From IMG/VR virus record IMGVR_UViG_3300023235_000012, positions 64,001 through 128,000 of that record: a DNA stretch of 64,000 nucleotides; one strand, 5' to 3'. Numbering within the stretch: position 1 is the first letter of the stretch; each line of letters opens with the position of its first letter. Positions 56,913 to 64,000 of this stretch are shown piece after piece. The position numbers were made by a program, and so were the translations under genes. Origin of the DNA: a virus. A model generated the notes under the pieces. That model searched no databases. It was not told the DNA's origin and was given only the letters and a program-made list of their open reading frames with translations.

Positions 56913-58439
56913 TTATCCCTTAATTTCGTCTGAATCGGTTCCGGCAGAACGCAGGCGTTGATATGCTTCACCTTCTTTACCATAATAGATAAAGAGGATT
57001 TTTTGAAGAACTTTTTCTGGAAGTTTCGTCTCTGGAAACTTCTGACTGAATCTGTCTAGCGCGGCGACTTTGATGTCTTTGTCAATTTCCCAACGATCTC
57101 TTTCTAGAGCTTGTGCTACTTTATATTTGTTTATTTCATCTGGACTTGAAAGCTGCAAAGCTTCTTCTGGTCGGAATCCCCAGAGTCTGCGAATAAATTC
57201 ATCTCTTAAATCTTTAACAGACTGAGGATCGTCTCGATATTCTTCAACCAAATCCAACAGACCAACAAAAGATCTGAATTGTTTTATCTCCTGAGTAGAT
57301 GGTTGGGATCCAAATAATTTTTCGAACATTTCTACTGGACGATTGATATATCCAGAAGTAGCAGGATCCATTGCTTTGTAGGTCTTTTTGCCACCTACTG
57401 TAAAATGTGACCCATCAGGAAGTTTTTGTGCTTGCATTTTGTTACGTAAGCCATAAAGAACAGAGAAGGTTAATTCGCTGACGTCTTTCCCTTCTGCTGC
57501 TTTTGGAATTTTTGGAATTGATTTTTTGATTTCTTTCTCTAACTCGGTCTTTTTCTTTTTAAGATCCTTCAATTCTTTGCTTATCTCTTTTACCTTACCT
57601 TTAATTTCTGGTTCGGGTTTTATCTTGTTATCAATAACAAATTTCTCTTTTTCTTCAAAGTCAGTCGAAATTTCTTCAAGCTCTTTGGCTAATGCTTCTA
57701 CTTTCTTTGGATCGACAACGGTTGAAGCTGGAGTTAATTCTACCGAGTCTTTCACCTTTCCTAGAACATTAGCAACCGACTGTAATAGGAATTTATGAAA
57801 TACTCCTTTAATACCTGATTCAATATCTGCCCAATCACTTGAGTGACTAAATTTTGCCCATTCACTCGGTTTATTGTCTTCGAATTCACTTGCCTCAAAA
57901 TCAACCTGTCCAAGGACAGTTCCTCTTTCGTCAGTGTAATCAAATACTGCATTGATTTGTTCACCAATAGCAGAGGCTGCTTTCTTATTGTTACCTACAT
58001 AGATCACTTTATCAGTTATGTTTTTTCCTTCAATTCCTTTTAGAAAATCCCAAAGATCGTTAATAACATCTTTTGGTACAGAAACATCAATGTCGCCTAC
58101 CTTAGGCTTGTGTTTAACATAAAGTTTATCTTCTATGTCAGGATCAAAGAAGCTTTCAGATGAGCCGTTGAAAGCATGTCCAGAAGTGATAACTCTGAAG
58201 TCCGCCCAAATTGGTGTACCTGTCTGCTTTTCAAAGGCTTTGTTTAAATTATCAAACGCCGCTACGAAAGCGTCACGGACGTTAGAGCGGCCATGCTTCG
58301 TCAAGTCCATTTTTTGCGCGTATGCTGGCTCACCTTTCCAGAGCATAATATTTCCATCACTATCAATTGCTCTGGAGTTGCCACCTTCAAACATCTTTTC
58401 TTTTTTCGGTTCAATTTTGAAGAGTTCATATAATCGCAT
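56913..58439 (-). CDS. Pol-beta-superfamily nucleotidyltransferase
   Basis: EGGN, NGSS, VGDIDV, QVDFE, IKGVFHK. Confidence 0.7.
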   Translation of the reverse strand: MRLYELFKIEPKKEKMFEGGNSRAIDSDGNIMLWKGEPAYAQKMDLTKHGRSNVRDAFVAAFDNLNKAFEKQTGTPIWADFRVITSGHAFNGSSESFFDPDIEDKLYVKHKPKVGDIDVSVPKDVINDLWDFLKGIEGKNITDKVIYVGNNKKAASAIGEQINAVFDYTDERGTVLGQVDFEASEFEDNKPSEWAKFSHSSDWADIESGIKGVFHKFLLQSVANVLGKVKDSVELTPASTVVDPKKVEALAKELEEISTDFEEKEKFVIDNKIKPEPEIKGKVKEISKELKDLKKKKTELEKEIKKSIPKIPKAAEGKDVSELTFSVLYGLRNKMQAQKLPDGSHFTVGGKKTYKAMDPATSGYINRPVEMFEKLFGSQPSTQEIKQFRSFVGLLDLVEEYRDDPQSVKDLRDEFIRRLWGFRPEEALQLSSPDEINKYKVAQALERDRWEIDKDIKVAALDRFSQKFPETKLPEKVLQKILFIYYGKEGEAYQRLRSAGTDSDEIKG

Positions 58440-58467
58440 TTCAATCCCCCATCCTTTCTTTTATTTA

Positions 58468-59238
58468 TTAGGAATTAAATCCTTCTGTAAAAGAAAGGGC
58501 CGATTTCAATTCTTGTGGTGCCACAATATTAATCACTTGTTTCAGACAAGGATCTTGAAAAAGATTTGGGAGTGCGAGAGTTTGTGCGAATTTCAAAGTT
58601 TCTGCTACGATTTTAGAAAGTTCAGATAATTCTCTGGCTATCGTCTCAGTTATTTCATTAACCGCGTTAGCGATAGCGGCGACCGCTGGTCCGATGACTG
58701 AAGCAATCGCAGCAACAACAGCAGTGATTCCTTCTCCTATTTTTTCAATGATAAGTGCCACTGCATCGAAAACTGTTGTCACTATTGGCTCTAATGCACC
58801 AGTCACTGAACCAAATAATCCACTTATCGCATCACATGGATTTGTCGGCGCTATACCTAAAGTCTCTTGCCTTGTCTTTTCCATTGATGAAAAGCTCATG
58901 TTCTTCACTAAATTGGCGGAACCCATCGATCCTGCTTTTCCAGAATCTGCGCCTTGGATACCAACCATATGAGTCTGTAACGATAACAAACCACCTTGAG
59001 CGTCATCTAATTGTTGAGCAGTGTCACTAAAAAATTCTGGATCTACACCTACGTCAATCAATTCCTGTGGATCATGTAACACGTCATCGGGATTATTCCA
59101 ACTGGCAAAGTAATCTTTTGCTAAAGTTAAGCTCGACATCGAGTCTGCCAACGTTTTCATTCCTATAGGTTGGAAACCTTGAGAATGAAGAACATTGTGA
59201 ATATCAGGAATGTTACTCGGTGATGTAATTGCAACCAT
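58468..59238 (-). CDS. Hypothetical, probably baseplate/spike-associated
   Basis: Follows PAAR and peptidase; Ala/Ile-rich helices. Confidence 0.5.
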   Translation of the reverse strand: MVAITSPSNIPDIHNVLHSQGFQPIGMKTLADSMSSLTLAKDYFASWNNPDDVLHDPQELIDVGVDPEFFSDTAQQLDDAQGGLLSLQTHMVGIQGADSGKAGSMGSANLVKNMSFSSMEKTRQETLGIAPTNPCDAISGLFGSVTGALEPIVTTVFDAVALIIEKIGEGITAVVAAIASVIGPAVAAIANAVNEITETIARELSELSKIVAETLKFAQTLALPNLFQDPCLKQVINIVAPQELKSALSFTEGFNS

Positions 59239-59246
59239 TTTCTACC

Positions 59247-59969
59247 TCAGGCATAATGTAATGTAAGACCGCCACTATAATCGTTATTGATCATCGTCAA
59301 GACTTGTCTTCGTTGTGATCCGCTAGCTCCGTTGAAACTGACATGAAGCCAGATGTTATTTCCGTGTTCAAGAATAAACTGATCAAACAGGAGGTTATCT
59401 CGACAAAAATTTGCTCTTCTCAAATATTCTTGATTTGAGATCCCAGGCCATTGAACGTCCGCTGCCATTCCTCTTTCATGTTGACTTTTACCACCTGTTC
59501 CAGTTCTGAATCCAGAGTTAATCCTGAATCCTGGAAAAGCAGACCACAATGGCTCTAAGCAATTTTCACATAAAGACTTTAGATTACATATCATTTCAAG
59601 ATCGGTGAAACCATGCTGTGCTTGAATTGAATGAGAGAAGAATGCCCCAAGTGATAGATCTCTGACAGTGAAATTTCGAGATAACGAAAAACTATAATCA
59701 ACTTCCGTAAAATCACCACAAGAAGTAATCTCTGGTGAGATTGAAGATGTAGGCTCAGTTAGATCCGTCGGGCCAGAACTCGTAGTTGGTGGGTTATTCA
59801 ATGGATACGATTCAGGAATCTGGTCTTTGGTAACCTCTTCATCAAATGGTGCTTCTCTTCCTGCGACGGAAATCAGCTTTGCTGCTGCTTGTGGAGAGTA
59901 ACTATTGATAACTCCTACTGGAATATTTCCAGTATATGATGTCGATGAACAAGATGGATTGATTGACAT
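59247..59969 (-). CDS. Peptidase M15 (Zn D-Ala-D-Ala-type cell-wall peptidase)
   Basis: LSRNF, INSGFR, SQH..G.AAD, WLHVS; start MSINP right after PAAR stop. Confidence 0.85.
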   Translation of the reverse strand: MSINPSCSSTSYTGNIPVGVINSYSPQAAAKLISVAGREAPFDEEVTKDQIPESYPLNNPPTTSSGPTDLTEPTSSISPEITSCGDFTEVDYSFSLSRNFTVRDLSLGAFFSHSIQAQHGFTDLEMICNLKSLCENCLEPLWSAFPGFRINSGFRTGTGGKSQHERGMAADVQWPGISNQEYLRRANFCRDNLLFDQFILEHGNNIWLHVSFNGASGSQRRQVLTMINNDYSGGLTLHYA

Positions 59970-59970
59970 T

Positions 59971-60255
59971 TTACCCCGCGAAGACGTTTCCTGATCCTGT
60001 TGCGCAGAATGACCCGCATGCAATAGGATCGCCTATTCTAGCTAATTGAAGACCGTTTACCATAACGATAGGCGATCCTGCCGCCAGATTTGAGTCATGA
60101 CACGGAGGTGGACAGCAATGGGTCACCCAGTGATCTCCTAGTCGGTGTGCTGGGATTCCATTGACAAAAACATTCGAAGATCCTTGGTCGTTTGGGCGTG
60201 GTGGCCAACAATCGTGGCCGCTGCAAATATCTCCTAGTCTGACTACTGCTGGAAT
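59971..60255 (-). CDS. PAAR spike-tip protein (gp5.4-like) with ATT start
   Basis: Not in ORF track. (M)PAVVRLGDICSGH...VFVNGIPAHRLGD...VNG..LARIGD..ACGS...GSGNVFAG; SD TAAGGAGGTG. Confidence 0.9.
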   Translation of the reverse strand: MPAVVRLGDICSGHDCWPPRPNDQGSSNVFVNGIPAHRLGDHWVTHCCPPPCHDSNLAAGSPIVMVNGLQLARIGDPIACGSFCATGSGNVFAG

Positions 60256-60302
60256 GATACACCTCCTTAATAGATATATTTATTATTCCAGCATAGAGGA
60301 TA

Positions 60303-60860
60303 TTAGTAGAAAAGAGCTTTTGGCTTTGCTCTGCCCCAGAACTCATCTTCTGTTTTTTCAAATTCCCACCAATTTGGAAGCCTCTTCATTTTTAATGGAA
60401 TTCGCCTTGGAGTGCCGTCAATATTGAATGGGATTTCGATATTTGAAGTCAAGGCGACTTTCTGGTGTTCCTTTTCAGGAATATAAAAGAAATAGTTTTC
60501 TCTAGTCATTGGCTCTAATACCAAAGATACAATATCACCTTCTTTTCGGTGACTTCCGGCTTTACTTCGCGGTTCGATGTTTACACCGTAAGACTTCCCA
60601 TAAGAATTAAATCTTGGTGTTCTAAGTTTTGCTTCTATTTTTCTACCAGTCTTCCGACAGATCAGATCATGTGTTGGTGCTTTGACCATTTCCAGATCAT
60701 GAATTTTGGAATAGATGTATTCAAATAATGTTGACGTGTCAACTAATCCGCGCGACGTAAACTTTTTGAGAGATTCCACCTCATACGGAGAAAATATTTC
60801 TGATAGGTAAGAGATAAGGTACGCTACTTGATTAATTTCGATTGTTGTGTGTTGTCCCAT
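60303..60860 (-). CDS. PD-(D/E)XK nuclease-like protein
   Basis: FE...HDL...IEAK; probable start MGQHT. Confidence 0.55.
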   Translation of the reverse strand: MGQHTTIEINQVAYLISYLSEIFSPYEVESLKKFTSRGLVDTSTLFEYIYSKIHDLEMVKAPTHDLICRKTGRKIEAKLRTPRFNSYGKSYGVNIEPRSKAGSHRKEGDIVSLVLEPMTRENYFFYIPEKEHQKVALTSNIEIPFNIDGTPRRIPLKMKRLPNWWEFEKTEDEFWGRAKPKALFY

Positions 60861-61014
60861 TTTTACATTTCTTTCTTTGTTTCTTTGTTTCTTTGTTTGT
60901 CTGTTGAATTTAATATACAACAACCAGAAAAGAAATCAAAAAGAAAATTAAAAGAATTTTGAAAGATCAACCACATAGAGACCAACCACATCAGCCTTTT
61001 CAATTCTTCAACAG

Positions 61015-61206
61015 CTAGTTCTTTGGATGGGGAGGATCTCCATCAATATTGATATGACAGTCAGAAGTTGCTACTAATCGAAAAACACCAGAGCTATCAA
61101 CTCCAGCACTAGCTGTAGTAGTTGCACCAATTGCTACGATCATTGTTGTTCCTGGTGTTAGAACACTGATTGGGACTAATCTATCATCTCTTGGAAATTC
61201 AGCCAT
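61015..61206 (-). CDS. Late-type hypothetical protein, probably 3'-truncated
   Basis: AAGGAG SD, TAAATA upstream; runs into a remnant of another gene. Confidence 0.5.
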   Translation of the reverse strand: MAEFPRDDRLVPISVLTPGTTMIVAIGATTTASAGVDSSGVFRLVATSDCHINIDGDPPHPKN

Positions 61207-61274
61207 AATAACTCCTTTTGTCTTTGTTCATACTATTTATGGATTTCACCATAGACTCAAAGACTCGAAGATCG

Positions 61275-61544
61275 TCAGATAAATTTCAAAAGGTCTTTCA
61301 CATACAAACCAATGACACCAATTTTTTTAAGCTGATTTACTGATAATTCTTTAGATGGCATTGGTTCACCAACTATAAACCGACGACGCCATTTAATGTG
61401 TTTGTTAAGAGCTTGTTCAGGGGATTCACCTGCATTAGGTTGTACCATTTCCAGGGTTGGATCTGATACATCATTACAAACCCAACGTAGGTTCTTATCG
61501 GTCTTGTTTATTCTAGCTTGAGCTCTGCGCTGTTGTCTGTTCAT
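61275..61544 (-). CDS. Hypothetical protein (MNRQQRR N-terminus)
   Basis: ORF. Confidence 0.6.
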   Translation of the reverse strand: MNRQQRRAQARINKTDKNLRWVCNDVSDPTLEMVQPNAGESPEQALNKHIKWRRRFIVGEPMPSKELSVNQLKKIGVIGLYVKDLLKFI

Positions 61545-61563
61545 TATTTCTATCCATTTTCGC

Positions 61564-61591
61564 TTGACATTTTATCTTTTTATGTTATACT
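61564..61591 (+). promoter_or_regulatory. sigma70-like promoter before a 36-codon ORF (61617-61727)
   Basis: TTGACA-16nt-TATACT, TAAGGAG SD. Confidence 0.55.
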
Positions 61592-61741
61592 ACACTTAAC
61601 AGTAAGGAGTAAGTAAATGTTTGTTTTGATCGGTGAAGGTTACAATGTTGTTCAAAAAAGAATTGGTGATTCTTTTGAAAACGTATCTTTTCTTCTGTGC
61701 GGCGGATATTTTAGCAATCACTTCTAGAGTGTTCTTCTTGT

Positions 61742-63625
61742 TTACTGTTTCCAGAGCCATTTTTTCTTTCCACAATCATATATCCTATGATAACCTAATT
61801 TAACCATCATCTCTTTCTCAGTTCCCTCATCAATTCCAAACTTTTTCTTGATCTCTTTTTTCGAAAAGCGCATTGGATGAAACCGATCTAGGAAATTAGG
61901 AGAAACATAATAATGTCCAAAATCACTTTCAGACTGTAATTTAAATCCTAATTTTTCATACATTTCACCAGAGAACCATCGATTATCTGAATATGAAACT
62001 ATTTGTTCTGGACAATGGGATCTAATAAAAAATTTGAACATCTTATCGGCAAGTCCTGGAAAATTTCTACCATCAGTACAGAATCTCTTCAATTCACATT
62101 TTGCACCATTCTGTCTAATTGACTTACCAAAAATCATCACTCCTATTAATTCATTATTAAGATAAGCTCCAATATTAGTTCCTCCAAAAGGGGAACTTCC
62201 CTGGATATGATAATTATTCAGGAAATTTCTAACAGTCTCGAACGGAATCTCATTTAATATTGTTTTTCTTGCACCGATTGTTTCTGTAGATAATCTTAAA
62301 AAATTTCCAATTATCCCAAAAACGATATCAGGATTTTTTGTAAATTCATCTTCAAAAATAGTAAGTAATCGAATTCCTTTGTTTTTACAAAGATCATATT
62401 TCTTTCGATGATAATCTTTTGCTTGTATTCGAGCATCAGAATGCCAATATAAACCACAGAATTCAATTGCTAGATTATATTCGGGCATAAAGATATCTAT
62501 TTCTAACGGAGGGATAATATTTCTCTTATTGAATAATGCTTGAATTTGATTTTCTTCAAGGAATCTAGAAATTAAAATTTCTGGTACTGATCTAAAACCG
62601 GGCATATATTGTGAATCATAGTCAATCGCATATCTTCTTACTGTTTCATGATGAATATTTAGATCAAGCGCTGCTTCTCCTAATGTCTTTTTTAACAAAA
62701 AATTATTGAATAGATCTTTATCTCTTAAAATCAATCTAGTTTTTTTTTCAATCACTAATTCATTAGCACTTCTAACCTCATTTTCTTTTAAAAATTCTTT
62801 AAACTCTTCTGATTGAAAATAAGATTCTACTCCATATTTTTTAAAAATAGCCTTCTTGGCTTTGATTAATATTTCTTTAGATTGAAACGGATATCTAACT
62901 CCAGTTGATTCTTCTAATGAATCTCTCGTGCTTTTTCGAATATCTTCATTCTGTAAAGCAAAATCTACTCCATATTTTTCATTCATAGCTTTTTTGTGAG
63001 CTAGTCTTGCTTTTTCAGTATTAAACCCCAATATTCCATCATGATTTTTTCGATTTGTGTGTAACATCTTTTCAAGTATATCATCATTCTGTGAAGGAAA
63101 ATCTACTCCATATTTCTTTTGATTAGTCTGTTTTCTCTTTTTCACGACGACTGGATTATTTGATGGATTTTTAAAACCTGTCCTTTTTTCGTATGTTTTA
63201 GAGCGTTGAATGATTGATTCTTCAGAATGTCCGGCCGACTGAGCTTTTCTTAATTCATCTTTTTCAGCCTCGGACATTTTTTCAAATCTAGCACGAGTTC
63301 CTTCAGATATTTTCTCCCGTAAAACTGGATCTTTGTTTCTTTCACTACGAAGAATCGACTGTCTTTGCATGTTACATTCACATATCTTCCCTTTACCACA
63401 AGAATTAGAAAATCCTTTAGACCAAGATATAAATCTCTTCTTACGATTCGATATTTCACATATTGGATCGAATGTGTTAAGATGGCACCAAAATGCTTCG
63501 GTTATTGATTTAGCGTGTGGGAAATGTTCGTGAAGAAACAATAACAATTCTGCATTTTCTGGTTTCTTTAATCTCTGTCCAATAAGCTTCTCTGGACCGA
63601 TCAAAATTTTCTCGAAATTTCTCAT
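61742..63625 (-). CDS. Free-standing putative homing endonuclease (KYGV repeats, nuclease domain, C-terminal acetyltransferase-like domain)
   Basis: KYGVD repeats, EIDIF...AIEFCGLYWHS, IFEDE, YSDNRW, IYDCG; very AT-rich. Confidence 0.75.
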   Translation of the reverse strand: MRNFEKILIGPEKLIGQRLKKPENAELLLFLHEHFPHAKSITEAFWCHLNTFDPICEISNRKKRFISWSKGFSNSCGKGKICECNMQRQSILRSERNKDPVLREKISEGTRARFEKMSEAEKDELRKAQSAGHSEESIIQRSKTYEKRTGFKNPSNNPVVVKKRKQTNQKKYGVDFPSQNDDILEKMLHTNRKNHDGILGFNTEKARLAHKKAMNEKYGVDFALQNEDIRKSTRDSLEESTGVRYPFQSKEILIKAKKAIFKKYGVESYFQSEEFKEFLKENEVRSANELVIEKKTRLILRDKDLFNNFLLKKTLGEAALDLNIHHETVRRYAIDYDSQYMPGFRSVPEILISRFLEENQIQALFNKRNIIPPLEIDIFMPEYNLAIEFCGLYWHSDARIQAKDYHRKKYDLCKNKGIRLLTIFEDEFTKNPDIVFGIIGNFLRLSTETIGARKTILNEIPFETVRNFLNNYHIQGSSPFGGTNIGAYLNNELIGVMIFGKSIRQNGAKCELKRFCTDGRNFPGLADKMFKFFIRSHCPEQIVSYSDNRWFSGEMYEKLGFKLQSESDFGHYYVSPNFLDRFHPMRFSKKEIKKKFGIDEGTEKEMMVKLGYHRIYDCGKKKWLWKQ

Positions 63626-63673
63626 TAATAATGATACTATTAATCCAGTGTTTATATCAATATTATTAATAAA

Positions 63674-63702
63674 GAAAAACCGGGGACAAGCCCCGGTTTT
63701 TC
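63674..63702 (-). terminator. Rho-independent terminator after capsid gene
   Basis: GAAAAACCGGGG/CCCCGGTTTTTC. Confidence 0.85.
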
Positions 63703-63725
63703 AAATTGTTTCCTTCTGTTTCTTC

Positions 63726-64000
63726 TTAGAAGAAGCGTAGATTAGAAACCGCAACCTTACCTAGGTAGTCAGCCGCATTACCAAGCGATGAAGCCTGATC
63801 CTTTAGTTCCAAATAACCGTAACGTGTTAAGAAGGTCGTAACCATCTCACCAGTATTCGGATCCATAACTGAACCTGAACTCATTAGAGGGATATAAGGA
63901 CAGTAGAATGCAGCTGCATCTGACTCTGATGGTCCTTTGTAACCAATAAGAACGTCAACGTTGTCACCAGCATAAGTGTCGGTGTAAACGCGCATGGTAC
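63726..64000 (-). CDS. Major capsid protein (gp23-like), C-terminal part
   Basis: GYKG...DAAAFYCPYIPL...FLTRYGY. Confidence 0.9.
   Translation of the reverse strand, partial: TMRVYTDTYAGDNVDVLIGYKGPSESDAAAFYCPYIPLMSSGSVMDPNTGEMVTTFLTRYGYLELKDQASSLGNAADYLGKVAVSNLRFF

Noticed and set aside
60095-60427. Track ORFs 60095-60361 and 60161-60427
   Set aside because: Wrong-frame or antisense overlaps of the real PAAR gene.
1-64000. tRNA or rRNA genes
   Set aside because: None recognised by eye in the short intergenic gaps; a tRNAscan-SE run would be decisive.

Overview
This window is about 64 kb of a large, AT-rich, T4-related (jumbo-type) myovirus genome, almost all on the minus strand. Core genes: UvsW-like helicase, UvsX/UvsY, gp32 SSB, RNase H, gp45 clamp, family-B DNA polymerase, two-subunit topoisomerase II, large terminase, PAAR spike and the 3' end of the major capsid gene. 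Usg, ClpS and YeaGH-YcgB homologues, sigma70-type promoters and leaderless genes suggest a proteobacterial, possibly alphaproteobacterial, host (inference). Main points of interest: (1) a complete deamidating NAD+ rebuilding cluster (nadE-pncB-Nudix-NMNAT-pncA), distinct from NARP1/NARP2; (2) a helicase split into two overlapping genes joined by an atypically split intein; (3) a 7-deazaguanine cluster with myo-inositol-1-phosphate synthase and a HAD phosphatase embedded in it; (4) a nucleotidyltransferase/ligase/kinase cluster sharing an N-terminal M-x-I-x-E tag with an Acb1-like enzyme; (5) Acb1- and Apyc1-like anti-defence enzymes; (6) a phage yeaG-yeaH-ycgB operon; (7) two genes starting at ATC/ATT; (8) a five-gene array of 22-aa-repeat proteins. 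All product calls come from motif recognition by eye; no searches were run.
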